DNA from: Camelus dromedarius
Taxonomy: Eukaryota
DNA: 64,000 nucleotides
Direction of reading: 5' to 3'
NCBI RefSeq assembly: GCF_036321535.1
Contig: NC_087437.1
Coordinates: 72,852,001-72,916,000 of the forward strand
This document shows, in pieces, positions 38,321-51,625 of this stretch; the stretch's first letter is position 1; each line of letters opens with the position of its first letter. Made by a program: the position numbers and the translations under genes. The notes under the pieces were generated by a model. It was not told the DNA's origin and did no database searches. It worked only from the letters and a program-made list of their open reading frames with translations.

Positions 38321-39058
38321 TATTGTACTTAATATTTTTACTTTGCATCTTATAAATTTCTTTCTCTTTTCTTCTCTGGTTAGTTTATATTGAACAGATG
38401 GCATATAGCCCCTGTGACTTCTGATTTGAGTGTCTATAAAGTATGGTAAATTTTATTTGGAATCTTAGAATCCTTAGTGAATCCAGATTGTTTATATAGA
38501 TAGAAAAATATTATTTCCCCCATTTCGTATTATCTCCCTCACTATATATATTCCCCCTTCAGTTGCAAAGTACAAAAGAAACAGAGAACAGCACCATGTG
38601 AGAAACTAATACCTAAATTTACTACCTAAGGTTCTGGCTTCAAAAATGGACTGGAAAAGTAATCAGTGCAGTTATAAGTAACCTGGCCTGCTTTTATTTA
38701 TGGGGTTTGACATAGCTCCCCAATTTGCCGAATATAGGATTTCCTAACAACTGAAATTCAAACTCTTCCTGTGGAAACGTGGTCCCACCTAGTAAAGCAG
38801 TTAGCCCTGGAAGTGGTATGTCTTTTCAGGACTGACATTTTTGCCTGCCAGCAGTTGAATGGAAATAAAACCTATAGTGTGTGACCATTAGACAGCCCCC
38901 TGGGCCTCCTCGAGGTTACTGGTATTTCCCTAGGTAAATCAAGATGGATGTATTCAAATTTAACTTTAAAAAAATGTGACAGCACTTGGCAAACAAGGTC
39001 TTGTTTTTAGCATCATCACTGCTGTTGCACCTAAGAAGATATGCACTGTCACGGAGCC

Positions 39059-39730
39059 TACGAGGGTTAATTTTGTGTCAACTTGGCTAGACTATGAGAT
39101 CCAGATATTTGATCAAACACTGGTCTGGATGCTGATATGAAGATTTTTTTAAGAGGAGATTAACATTTCAATGAGTAGACTTTGAGTAAAGCAGCTTCCC
39201 CTTCATAATGTCAGTGGGCTTCAGCTAATCAGTTGGAAGTCTTAAGAGAAAAAAGACAGACATCCCCTGAAGAAGAGGCGATTCTGCCAGCAGACTGCCT
39301 TTGGACTTGAGCAGCAGCTTCAGTTCTGCCCTGGCTCTCCAGGCTGCAGGCCTGCCCTGCAGAATTTGAATTTGCCAGCCTCTATACTCATGTGAGCCAA
39401 ATTCTTAAAATAAATCATAAATATTTATTTGTTTTATAATAAAATAAATCATATATATATATATGCTGAGTCCTTCCTCAAGGACCCAACTGGCCAGACC
39501 TGGAGCCCTTGAAACCAGTGGCTGTTTCTTGGTGGTACTCTGCCCACCTGGCTGGTGATATGGCCATCTGTCTCAACGGTACTTATCTCCACTTCCTGCC
39601 CTTAGGCCTCCTTCCTGAACCTGTGACACCCCTTGTTCTGGTTCCTGAGACAGCCTTGTGGTAGGTGTTCCCCAGAGCAGGCTTATGCCTGCTGTTCTGG
39701 GGGGCAAGGTGGGGACAAGACTGTGGCCCA

Positions 39731-39786
<56 letters not shown>

Positions 39787-39858
39787 GTGTGTGTGTGTGT
39801 ATACATATCTTATGTATAAAATCTCAAATATTCTATTTCTCTGGAGAACCCTAATACA
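39059..39858 (+). mobile_element. MLT2-type (ERVL) solo LTR with an internal insertion
   Basis: GGTTAATTTTGTGTCAACTTGGCTAG, GTAGACTTTGAGTAAAGCAG, ATTCTGCCAGCAGACTGCCTTTGGACTTGA; ends TTTCTCTGGAGAACCCTAATACA. Homologous to the copy at 14801-15285. Confidence 0.9.
39734..39800. repeat. (TG)n microsatellite
   Basis: Directly visible, one interruption. Confidence 0.97.
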
Positions 39859-42819
39859 GAGTCTTTATACATTCTCCCTTTGAAAACATAGAAGAGCCAA
39901 TCTCTTGGATACCCTAGCCTAGTGCCTTGGGTCTTAGAAGAACTGAGTCTGGCCTGGCCTGGAAAAGGCATATGAAATTCATTAAGATGGTAGGACATCG
40001 GTTTCTTTGTGTCCTATCTTGGAAGTGTTGCTGAAAGCAGACCTGATTTGGCTTAGAATTCCACTAGACGCTCAGAATCATTGGGGGTCCTAAGAAAAGA
40101 TCCACAAGGAGACTTTCTTTGAGGTCTCCAGGAAAGGAGAACTTCAGAGACTATCCTTGAAATAACTCTGGTTCTGAAATTGTACTCTCTAAGCTAACAT
40201 ATTTTGGCTACTGAGATCTGAAGGCAGAATCTTAAGTAGAAGTCTAAGGGGTCTGAGAATTCTAAATTTGGACCTTATTTTCCAGGTAGTTATGAAGGTA
40301 TTTTTATCAAGGAAGACAGAACATATCTATTTAACAATTTTTTAGCTTTGTGTTTAAATTTAAGATATTTAGACATAGGGTATTCATTTGTACTCTTGAC
40401 CATCTGTATCAATCATTGCAAGAGTGAAGGAATTTATGACTCAAAGGTTTAGACTAGCTGATCACTCGGTCCCCTGCCAATTCCTATTCTACATGTAGTT
40501 GTTAGAGGCAGAAGAATATGATCAGACTTTCTCTAGAGAGCTCAAGAAAAACAAAAAGGAGCAACCTCAAGCCACTGGGGCAAGGATGGTTTGATCTTAG
40601 TCCAAGTTTCCTTTGGTTAGACCCTTGGCCACTGCTTTTCTGCAAAGCTTCATAATCACTAATGCCTGAGAGATATTTCATACCATGACAGATGTGGTTG
40701 CTAAATTATGTCTAAGCCCTCACCAACCTTGCTTCGTTTCCAGCTCAATAATTTATTTGATAAATATAGATGCATCTTGAAAGTTAAATTCACAGACCCT
40801 ATTGAGGTTCATTTATCTTTGGGGTACACAGATGAAAAAAATCAAAGTGAGCTATGGTAGGATAGTGGGGTATCTTCTAAAGGATAAACAACATAAGGGT
40901 TGAGAAAATAGTGGGTTTGTTTCCTGAAAGGAAGTATATTATGTCCATAAAGAATGTCCTAATTAAAACTTTGGTTTTATGGACGTTTTAGGCAGTTTCT
41001 CAAAATTCCCTATTATATAAATTCTCCAAAGAAGAACAAACAAACTAGAATTTTGAATAAAGCGCTCCTGTACCCAGTGTCACCCAGATGGGAAGCAGTC
41101 ATTGAAGGGTATACCTCTGGCTATGCCATACATTAAAGTGGAGATAGGCCTTTCACTTCGGGTGATTCCACGTGAAAGAGACTAAGTGGCCTTGAATTCA
41201 GATGGGTTATCTAACCTGGTTTTTTACAGATTTTCTTGCAGAACAGTGAGTTGAAATTCTACCTTCCCGAAGTTAAGAAGATGAATTACTGTGAACTAGG
41301 GTTCATGAACATTGGAAATTATATTGGAAGGAAAGAGCAACAAGATTTGTAAAATAAAACTAACTTTGAGGAAAGAAAGCATGCAGTCTAGTGACCAAAG
41401 TTCAAGATGTAAAGGGAGGATTGTGGCACAGCATGGAGCTGATGCCAGAACTTCCTCAAGATTTTACCAGTCTGCACTGCTGTCAGTCTGGTAGAATATG
41501 ACATAAAAGAGATGCAACTGTAGAGCCTTACTGCTTGGTACCACTGCAGCACTAGCCAGGCCTTGGCTGGCAAGGACATTACTACCAAAAAATGTTAGAC
41601 TTTGTGGGACACAACTTCAGTAGTGACAGTGTGTGATACTGAGAAAACCTGGCCACAGTGATCCAGTGAGACTCGTACCTTAGAGAGTAGAAGCAAGACT
41701 GGCCCACTTGGGATAAAGTCAGCCCCTAGATTTCTTGGATAATGGGGTTAAGTAGGAGACTTGAGAGTTGATGCTATTGGGAGAAACTGGACTCAGTACT
41801 AATAGCCCAGGTTGGGGGAGAAGGTAAAGTAAGAAACAAAAGAAAATGGACAAAGAAATTATGTGAGCATATCTTGTGAATGTACTTGTACTGAGTTTAG
41901 AAAGTAGACTACATCATTTGTTTAATATATAGCCTCCAAAGATCTCATTTCCCTGGTCTCACAAAGGCTACCACATGTCCATTTGCAAGGCCACTACATT
42001 TCTCTCTGATACTTTACTGAATAGAAACATAAACACCCACATAGTTAATGTTTTATTTATTTTCAAGCAAGGCTGGCTTCCCAAAGCCCATTTTCATGAG
42101 TCAGCTTGTATTAACAGAAGCCACAACTTTCTACCGAAAGTTTTCATGCAAGAGATCAACCTCAGAGATGAGCATTACTGTATAAATTGAGAAAACCATC
42201 ACCAAATAAAAAGAAGGCACCATAACTTATCAGAGAAAAAATAAAGGTGTAATGGTCTACAAAACTTAATTTGTCTTGTCCTTACTAACTAGAATAATTT
42301 ATGATCAGCCTATCTTCTCCTTCAAGAGACATTACTAATAAAGTGGGCAAAATTTACTGTCTTTTCTACTCATTCTGAATCAGTTCTCATAACTCAGTCA
42401 GCTAAGCAGTGTTGTTAGTAGTGTGTCTGTAAGATTTGAAAAGCTAGGGTCCCTAGCAGTTCAGATATTCTGAGCCTATTCTCGTATGCTGGGGTCCCTC
42501 TACCAGGGGAACGTGGTCCTAAACATAGTTGGCTATGAGATAAGATTTTTGGAAAGGTACAATATAAGTGTGAGAAAATATGGGAAAATAATTTCAGTCA
42601 AGGGATCCAAATTGTTCTTCAGACTAACTTGAAGAGTAAAGAATTAAAAGCTGGAAGTCGTAAAGGGTTTACATATCCTTAGAAAATGACCATCCCAATG
42701 ATTCACTTTAAGCACCAAAAAATGATAAAGAGCAGCAGCTATGCTAATTTTAAATAACGACAAAATAACAAGCCCATATCAAGCACTTTCTATGTGTTGG
42801 GCACTGTGCTTAGTTTATA

Positions 42820-42985
42820 AACATATACAAAATATATGTAATATATTTATATATAGTATATTACATATAACTATATATCTATACATAGTATATTATATAT
42901 GTTTATATGTATAGCTTACAAATATAAATATATTTACTTAAATATATATGTACATATGTATGTATATATTGTGTATTGTGGATAT
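42820..42985. repeat. AT-rich low-complexity (TA-like) tract following a MIR 3' fragment
   Basis: Degenerate TATATA/ATATGT repeats, preceded by CACTTTCTATGTGTTGGGCACTGTGCT. Confidence 0.8.
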
Positions 42986-44069
42986 GTAATTGTTTCAAAC
43001 TAATAAGCAGTAAAACCAGCCCATGCCCTTAACCTATAAACAACTCTTGAGCTTTGCCATTTTACATATGGTTCGTAAAAAGAGAAATTGGCTTTTCCTT
43101 CTCCTTTATGACTATGAGACAGCTGGTGTGGAACCTTACTCGTATCTTGCATCGAAGAAATGCTAAATGAATTGTTCTTCTTGTGCATAAAATATCAATG
43201 TAGCAAACTCAGCATCATGGGGTACAACGGGAAAATCTGTTTTCTCATCTTATTCTAAGGACCGCTCTAACCTGCTCATAGCTCTTCATCTAGAACTAGA
43301 TACTAGACAGTTTTTCTGAAACTTTAGTTACTCATTTGCATCCTTCATGATCTTTGCCATACCATATATTACCTGGACCATTATTTTGCTTTAAATCAAC
43401 TTACTGTTTAACATTTAGATATTTAATAAAAGGAAATGTTATATCAGTATATATACTAAATCAAAGAAAATAATAAAGGTAAGTAAACAAGAAGTTACAG
43501 AATTCATTCCACTCCAGTTAAATACTGTTGCTTGAGAAAGCTGTAGCCTGAAACCTACTCTCTCTTTATTAAAAAAAAAAGACAGGTTGGGAAGTGCTAA
43601 GCAGAGTGCTTGGATGGTGGTGGAAGACACCCAGCACCGTTCTGAGACTTACTCCTTGATGTAGTCAGAAAGCTTGAAAGAGGAATGGAAAGAATGTCAC
43701 TTTGTGACTCATTGTTATTTCATGCCACGTGAGGATGCCATTTAAAATCCTCTCTCAAGGTCAACAGCAAGTGCCTTACATTCTGGGAATCATTGACGTG
43801 AACCTATTATTCATTAACTTGAAGTGTTGGTTATTTAAGCCAAAGGCTCGTCACAAATTACTCCAGTTACACTTGGTTAGGTACCAATTTCTGCACTAGA
43901 TTTTCCAAAGAGCAAAACAGGTTTAAAGTTGAAAAATACCGTTGAGGTATTTTTCAGGTGCTGTGAAAAGAGGCACATCCATTTAATGGGACTTGAAAGG
44001 TGGTGACAGCAGAGTTCTGCCCTAAGAGCCCCAGGCACTTTTCTCAGCCCAGGTATATGCTGCCTTTGG

Positions 44070-44222
44070 CCAGGATTCTCAAGCTTTATGTGCCTAAGAA
44101 TAGTGTAAGGAGCTTGTTAAAATGTGAATTCCCAAACTCACTCTTACAGAGTTTGACTTGGAAGGTCTGGAGTGAGGCATCTGATGATTCCGATGTGAGA
44201 GGTAGCAGAATGATACCCTGAA
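44070..44222. mobile_element. MER5-like DNA transposon
   Basis: ATTCTCAAGCTTTA...GGAGCTTGTTAAAATGTGAATTCCC...AGGTCTGGAGTGAGGC...GATGATTCCGATG. Confidence 0.65.
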
Positions 44223-44644
44223 AGGTTCCAAGTTGGGAGTTGGTAGTCAATTGGTGGGGATGGAACTGGTGCTCTGAGCATAGGTCAAAGGGATGGCTCA
44301 GGGGTAAGGAGAAACAGGAACTGAGAGGTGGAATCCTAGACAAATACGGTCTTGCCTTTAAACGGGCTTGAAAAGCTGTCTTATACTACAGTGAGAAAAA
44401 AATCAGGCTAAAGAGAAGGGTCTCAAGGGACTCAAGGTATTCATGCACTAATGTATACTGATCTAGAAGGCTTCTTGACCTAAAAAATGTTCAGGATAAA
44501 CTAATAGGTTATCTTCCGCTGCAATCGAAAGGAAAACACAGTTTAGATTAATGTTTGGAATAGAAGAGTGAATATTTAGTGAGAGGGTCATCACATTATG
44601 CTGAGGTGTTTGTATTTCCTTACAGTTTACCGTAAATTTCTACA

Positions 44645-44785
44645 AATAACAACAACCTTGGTGTTTGGTGCTTTATCTATTTGAGCATAAGATCAACCCT
44701 GAAATGTAGGGATTGCAATTCCAGTTTTACAGATAAAGAAACTGAGATTCTGAAAGGTAAACCTGTCCTAAGTTACATAACTGTT
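44645..44785 (-). mobile_element. MIR
   Basis: CCAGTTTTACAGATAAAGAAACTGAGATTCTGAAAGGTAAACCTGTCCTAAGTTACA. Confidence 0.75.
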
Positions 44786-45374
44786 TCTCTTTATGATTAT
44801 TTTAGAAAATGTTTTCCTAGTGATTAATTTGTATTTAGGTAGCTGTTGGAGGATTTAGTTCTATTTTTAATAGAAGCAGCATAATTGGGCCGGGAAAGCA
44901 GGCTTAGCTTGGCTTCTTCTCATCTCAGTTATATGAGCTGCACCCCTTTCAGACCAAGGGGATGTGGCTCAGCAATTCCCTCCGTGGGGCAGAGGCTTGT
45001 TCCAACAGGAGGAGATAAAAAATCACACGTGTTGATGAGATCACTCTTAAAAACACAATGAGCAGACATCTGAGTGCTGTCATGTCCTGTTCCGCAACAG
45101 TGTCTCCAAACTTTAGGCTGGTCTCACCCACTTCCTAAGCCAGTCATGACCAAGCCCTACCCATGAGAGGGCCCCTTGGGACAGATGAACTTCACCTCTT
45201 TCCCACATGTTTTCTGAGGTTCTCACTTCCATTACGTTATTCTGATCTGAGCGGCAGCTGGTTTGATGTGCCCCCTCTTCTCAGCAGTTCACACCTCTCC
45301 TCATGGCTGGCCCAGAAAGACCACGTCCATGTGCTTGTCATGAACATTCATGAGTGATGACAACGTGCTGTGCA

Positions 45375-45720
45375 TCAGTCACTCATTCACTTATCCGTTC
45401 ATTTATTGACTGCTACTGGTGCCAGACTAGGTCATGTGGTGGGGATGTCACGGTGTCCCCATTTCTGCCCTCAGGGAGTTTAGAGTCTACTAGAGAATGT
45501 TAAATAAGTAGTAACAACAGAGTTACAGGGGCTGTGAAAGAGGAGGCTATGAGGTCATACACCAAAGGCACAGGTGGAGATGGAGGGGCGTTTAAGCCAA
45601 GACCTGAACAACGAATAGTAAAAGTTAACCAGACCGGGGAAGATTTGTAGGAGGAGAACCCTCTTTGCAGACAACAGTAGCATGGGCAAAGTGTCTGTGA
45701 GGGAGGCATAGAGTGCAGTT
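45375..45720 (-). mobile_element. L2 (3' end at left)
   Basis: CATTTATTGACTGCTACTGGTGCCAGAC...CTGCCCTCAGGGAGTTTAGAGTCTA...CAGTAGCATGGGCAAAG. Confidence 0.7.
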
Positions 45721-46414
45721 TTATCAACTGTCATGATTTCAATCACCACTAATAGGCTAACAAGTTCCAAAAACCCATTTCCAGCTCATATGTCTCTCAT
45801 CACATTTAAATGTTGAATGATTCCCTAGGAAGCTTTGCCTGTACATTAAAATCTTTCTCTAAAATAGGAGTAGATGATTTTGAGTCATGAATTGAGTGGG
45901 GAACATCCAGGTGGAAAGGTAGGCTTTTATCCCACTATTTCAGTCAACCCTGAGGAATGGATTTCACAGCGGATATACCATGACAAACTGCATTTCTTGA
46001 GCTGTCCATTCTCACCCCTCAACCACCTCCTTTTGTCATATTATTCATTTATGACCATAGATTTTGAAGTATTTCTGCTAATGTTTGTGTTCTTTCCTTC
46101 CCCTTCTTTAAGGGTTAAACCAAGGGGATTGGTCTCCCTTGGTTTTCAATCTCTATTTCCCCTTGGCTAAGTTTTCATCTGGTGTCCTTGTCTGACGTTC
46201 AGACAGCTTTCCTTAACTTTAGCAAGTTCTCAAGCTCTTCCCTTTTTGTGTGAAGATGGTGAGGCTATTTCTTCCTAACTCATGCTTTTAGCTTTCAGGG
46301 AAGGACCTAGATATGCGTGAAGTCTTATACCATCCTTGCCTCCCACGACTCCTTGGATCACGAATGAACGTGTGTTTGTTGGGTCAGAACTTCTAATTCT
46401 TGTATCATTTTGGC

Positions 46415-46827
46415 TAGTGGTTCTGTCTTGAATGTTCTCTCTTGTTTTTTAAAAGATTTCCTTTGTTCCTACTGACCTAGTACCTATAATATTATTTAAG
46501 CGGTTCTTTGTTAAACTCATTTTGAAAGAAAATAGCATTATTATAAATGAAAAACCAGTATCACTTGCAATAAATAGATTATCTAAAAATAAATACAAGG
46601 AAAACAAGGTCACTATTTAATTTAAGTGACACTTAGAAACTGTGGGCTAGAAGTCAGTAATGTCATGCAATGAAAGATTAATAACCATTAGAGAGGGGAG
46701 AAAAACAAATTGGCACCTAAACCCAACTTTCTGCTTTGTGATGTTATTTTGTGCACTGTCCTTTGTCCTTTATGACCCCAAAGCAGCCTGTCACTTGGTC
46801 ATGTATTCTACCTTTTGAGAAACACTG
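46415..46827. mobile_element. hAT-Charlie DNA transposon (MER113-like)
   Basis: TAGTGGTT start and TTTGAGAAACACTG end; internal AAACCAGTATCACTTGCAATAAATAGA...AAAAATAAATACAA. Confidence 0.6.
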
Positions 46828-49076
46828 GTCTGGGCCATGTCCTCACAGCTGGGCTGTGAATAGATGTGTTTGAAGCAGACTTCTGTTCATTTCAGGCTGG
46901 CCTAATGTGGGAGGCCAATTAAGATCTCCCTTTGAGCAAAATACAGAACATCTTGAACAAAATATACAGAATAAGAGGCAGCCCCTTAAGTGGATGGTGA
47001 GTAGAGCAACCATATGCATTGAGTTGTCTGAGACAGACCTGGTTTAGTGCACCCTTTCATTTGCAAAAGTGTCCCAGATTAGATGATAAATTATATATTC
47101 ACCCTAATTAAGTGACTTAAATATCACACTCACATAATGAATCATGGGTTGCAGAATACATTACTTCTTTATTCAGTTCAAAAACTAATGGCAAAGCAGA
47201 GAAAGTCCAAACCAGGTTGGGGGCCTCACATGTGCTTTATAGCTTTTCCAATAGGTTTATAGTTATTAGCAATTTCTGGCATTCTTCCACTTTCTTCCCC
47301 TTTAGCTGTTCTTTCCACCTCTTTATGTAATTTCCAATTTTATATACCATGCTATGTTTTGGACTTTCAATCAAAACATTTACATGCTGGTAGAAGAAGA
47401 AACTTGTCATAAAAACATAAAGCCTGATAGGTTAGCTTGAGCCTTAAACCATATTTTTTTCCCTCTCACTTATTTTATATTTGTAAAAGATTAACTAAAG
47501 ACCAAAAGGAGAGGAAACTGAAATATTCTGAAAATACCACTTCCTTACTCCCTTTCCAAAAATTTCTGAGCCACCAAAACATGAAAAAAAGTCTTGTACA
47601 CTTTTTAATACTTGAGCAGAAAGTTTCAACATAGCAGAAATCCTTTCACTGAAATCTGCTACAAAATACCATGATGTGCTAAAGCACTGGGCTAGACTTG
47701 GATCATTGAAGACTAGGTCTCTTCTTCAGAGTCGCTCCAAGTCTAATGAGTGATCATTATGTAAATAAGCATCACAAAGCCACGCGATAATATCATTAGA
47801 GAAGCTTCCGGCCAGGCTTTGTACTCTTTCTCACAGCTCTAGGGCCATTTACCTCATTTCTGGATTATGGCTATGAAGGCTGCCCCACTTTTTCCCTCTC
47901 ACCAGTCTCTCTAAGTGTTTGGAACACAATTCAAAAATAAACAGAAACTGTAAAAAATTAACTTGTCTGACCCTGTATTCATTAACTTCCTCTCCGGATG
48001 GTCAAAGGCAAGTGGTATCTGATGGATCACCAATCTGAATCTTTCCCTCTGGGACCTGTCTCCATGAACTTGCTTAGAACAGTGAGGGGCAAAACCAGGC
48101 AGCAAGTGACCATCCTAGGATGACTCCAAGTGAGTGAACTCTTATTCTAAGCCTAGAGATGGACTCATGGAGCAGAAGAGACCAAATGAGGATGTCCTAA
48201 TGAGTTCATTATTCCTCCCTCCTGCATTCGTTCCTTCTAAAGTTGAGCAGCTCCATAATCCATAAACTTTGGAATTGGAAAAAATCGGTTCCCTGGTCCT
48301 TCCACTGGATCATTGAATGAATCTGGGTTTCATTACACAACTCAGACATCATGTGTTTGTGCAGTCCTTCCCCCTTCCTCTTCCAGAGTGCTGCTCTTAT
48401 AAAGGACTAGCTTTTGTGCTCACTGTAGCTTTCATAGAGACACAGTCCATGTACAGCATACCTCCCTTCAAGAAAACAGTCTTAAGTTCTGTTCATATCA
48501 CCTGAAAATAAATGCTGATCACAGAAAGATGCCCTGGACACCCAAATGACGTTCTAAATGATCGGGAACATCCTAGAAGAGGATATAGCGTTAAAAAAAG
48601 AAAAAAACCTATCTGACCCAAAACACATTAGTGACCTTGGAAATGGAATTGGACATAATGGACAGTCAGAGACCCTTGTTTCTTACCCGAGGACTGGAAT
48701 CCAGGTTCTGAGAACTCAGAGGGACATGGTTGGTGGTAGGGTGAAAAGGAAGAGAGCAGAGAGAGCCGAAGGAGTATGCCCAATCGCCTTAGGGCATTGT
48801 TTTGAACATAAAAATGAAAGTGGAAAATCACTAGCCTTCACTGGATGAAGGCTGCAAAAATGAATACTGCTCAGGCATCATTACTTCCTCTCTCTCCTGG
48901 ACTTTGTCACAGTGGTGTGGTCCAGTGTGCTTAGAGTGAGCAAAAGATGTTTGTTTTTAATAATTCTGTTGGAGCTAAAGGGTGAGGAATGCAGGCCTAA
49001 TATCACACTTTACTAGCTTGAGTCTGAGAAGCATAAACTCATAGGATCTGCCAGGCGGAAGGATTTTAAAGATCAT

Positions 49077-49303
49077 CGGTGTTTCTCAACATGTGTGGGG
49101 GTGGGGAGGAATCTTCACTGTCTTTATCGCAATCAACAGGCTGCCAGTAAATAAAGCAGATTCCTGGGTCCTGCCACAAAGCTACAGAATCAGATTTTTT
49201 TTTGGGGGGGGCATGGGTGACGGGTAGTTACAGATCAGAAAACCTACACATTAAATAAACTGTCCAGCTAATTATTATATACATTAACGTGTGAGACTCA
49301 CTG
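49077..49303. mobile_element. MER5-like DNA transposon inserted in a MIR
   Basis: CGGTGTTTCTCAAC start, GCAGATTCCTGGGTCC...ACAGAATCAGAT, GTGAGACTCACTG end. MIR-like flanks: GGAAGGATTTTAAAGATCATC left, CCCCTTATTTTACTAATAAGGAAACTG right. Confidence 0.65.
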
Positions 49304-49883
49304 GCTTAATCCACCCCCTTATTTTACTAATAAGGAAACTGGGCCACTTCTCCAGCCAAGCTAACTGGTGGCAAAATGTGGATGAGATTAGAGTTCTGAC
49401 CCCAGTCCAAGACATTTGCTTTATGATTTGATGGATAGATTCAGACTCTCCTATCACAGAGCACATCTTGTTTGCAAAGTTTCCCGTTTTGCAGGTACTT
49501 TGATTTTATCAGTAGGCTGCTAAAGGGTGTACATTCTTGCAAGAGGCTTTAACTTGCTAGACCAGTTGCTTAAATCCCCCTGCAAAATACCCAGATGACT
49601 CAGGATGAGACAGCCTCTGGCTGAGTCTCTTCATGCAGCCAGGTTCCTGTTGGCTCCACTCTGCTGCATGGTAACCACAGAGGTACAGCTGCTTTTACAG
49701 CAAGGAGAAGTCTGCCCTGGGGGCTTCAGGGGATGTGCCCTTGAGCCATTTGCCCAGGAAGGCAGCTCCTTGAAATCTCCTATGTGTTTTCTCACAGAGC
49801 TATGTTGGTGCAGAAACAACTGTCCACACCTGTACAGGCTGAACACATTTTCAAACGTTATCTCCCAGTACATTATTTATTTA

Positions 49884-50700
49884 CAGCGACCCCCCCCCCC
49901 AATCCATTGTTTCAGTTACTCGCCGTTTCAGTTACCTCTGGTCACCTGGTGATTCTAGAAATAAACAATTCACAAGGTTGAAACTGCGTGCTGTTTTGAG
50001 TAGTGTGATGAGATCTTGTGCCTTCCTATCTGCCCCGCCTGGAATATGAATCAGCCCTTTGTCCAGCATACCCCGCCTGCTAGTCACTTAGTAGCCACCA
50101 GGTTATCAGATTGGCTGTCGAGGTATCGCAGTGCTTGTGTTCAAGTAACCCTTATTGTACTTAACAATGGCCCCAAAGCTCAAAAGCCACAGTGATCTGG
50201 TAATTTTGCCAAAGAAAAACCGTGAAGTTCTCCCTTTAAATGAAAACGTGGAAGTTCTTGACTTAATTTTAAAAAATAGTCATATACTGAGGTTGCTAAG
50301 ATCTATGGTAAGAATGGATCTTCTATCTGTGAAATTGTGAAGAAGGAAAAAGAAATTTGTGCCGGTTCTGCTGTCACACCTCAAATTGCAAAAGCTACAG
50401 CCACAGTGCCTAGTAAGTGCTTAGCTATGATGAAAATGGCATCAAATCTACACAGTAAGATTTTTTGACAGAGAGAGACCACATTCATATAACTTTTATT
50501 GCAGTATATTTTATAATTGTTCTAGTTTATTATTTTATTCTTGTTACTCTCTTACTGTGCCTGATGTATAAATTAAACATATCATAGGTATGTTTTTATA
50601 GGAAAAAACATAGTATATATGGGGTTCAGTCCTAGCCATGGTTTCAGGCATCCACTGGGTTTTTGGAACCTATCCCCTAAGAGGAGGTGGGGGCTCTCCA
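49884..50700 (+). mobile_element. MER44/Tigger7-like TcMar DNA transposon (internally deleted) with a transposase N-terminal remnant
   Basis: TA|CAG..CCCCCC..TTTCAGTTACC left end; GAGAGAGACCACATTCA...GGTTTCAGGCATCCACTGGG..TTGGAAC right end. ORF 50155-50340 (MAPK...KKNREVLPLNENVEVLDL) and frameshifted EVAKIYGKNGSSICEIVKKEKEI resemble a CENP-B-type HTH. Confidence 0.88.
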
Positions 50701-50832
50701 TTTATTTATTTATTTAATACTGGACATCTTTGCAAAATTTATTTTGGACAAAAGTTTCTGTTGTCAAAAATGAGGCATTTGTAAAATGTTGATTTCTGCA
50801 TTTGGGGACATTCTGTGTGGGTTGCTGGGTCG

Positions 50833-51186
50833 TGCTACAGACTGGATCATGTTCCCCTAAACTCATATGGTGATGCCTTAACCCTCAGTGTGGCTGTATT
50901 TGGAGGTAGGGCTTTTAGAGGTAATTAAGGTTAAAGAGGTCATGTGGGTAAAGTCCTAAGAGGATTGCTGGCCTTACAAGAAGAGGAAGAGGTCCCTCCT
51001 CCCGGCTTCCCCTCCCTACAATGTGAGCACGCAGCAGGAGGGCAGCTGTCTGCCAGGTAGGAAAAGGGCTCTCACCAGAAACGCACTATGCTGGCCTCCT
51101 GATCTCAGATTTGCCAGCCTTCAGAATGATGTGCCAACCACCCAGTCTATGGTATTTTGTTATGGCAGCCTGAGCAGACGAAGGCC
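50833..51186 (+). mobile_element. MLT1A-like MaLR solo LTR
   Basis: TGTGGCTGTATTTGGAGGTAGGGC, GGTAATTAAGGTTAAA, CCACCCAGTCTATGGTATTTTGTTATGGCAGCCTGAGCAGAC. Confidence 0.88.
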
Positions 51187-51414
51187 GTCATGAAGAGGAG
51201 GTCTGGTGCATTCAGGAATGTACAGGAAAACACAGTAGTCTGGCCCCAGATAGGCCCCTTCCTGGAACATGCATTTTCCACCTCAGATACCCTCTTTGGT
51301 TGGTGTGTGCAGCCCCTGTTTGAGGAGTACCATTGGTGGGACAGTAAAACCCCACTGGGGGTTCCTTGGGATTGCCAGCCATGAGATGAGGCACAGAGTC
51401 ATGTCATATTATAT

Positions 51415-51591
51415 ACACATATATTTTTTACTTTTACAATATTTTATTTATTGTTTGTTTGTTTTTTATTTTGGGGAGAGGCAATTAGTTTTATCTACTT
51501 ATTTATTTTAATGGAAGTACTGGGGATTTGAACCCGGTACCTCGTGCATGCTAAGCATGAACTCTACCACTGAGCTATACTCTCTCCCTCT
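51415..51591 (-). mobile_element. tRNA-Ala-derived camelid SINE (Vic-1 type)
   Basis: Minus strand GAGGGAGAGAGTATAGCTCAGTGGTAGAGTTCATGCTTAGCATGCACGAGGTACCGGGTTCAAATCCCCAGTAC (A and B boxes, AGC anticodon relic) plus A-rich tail. TSD TCATGTCATATTATAT (51399-51414) / TCATGTCACATTATAT (51592-51607). Confidence 0.9.
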
Positions 51592-51625
51592 TCATGTCAC
51601 ATTATATTCTTTTTTTAAACCTCTT

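Noticed and set aside
51510..51590. tRNA-Ala(AGC)-like sequence
   Set aside because: It has an A-rich tail, a TSD and a poorly paired acceptor stem, so it is a SINE rather than a tRNA gene.
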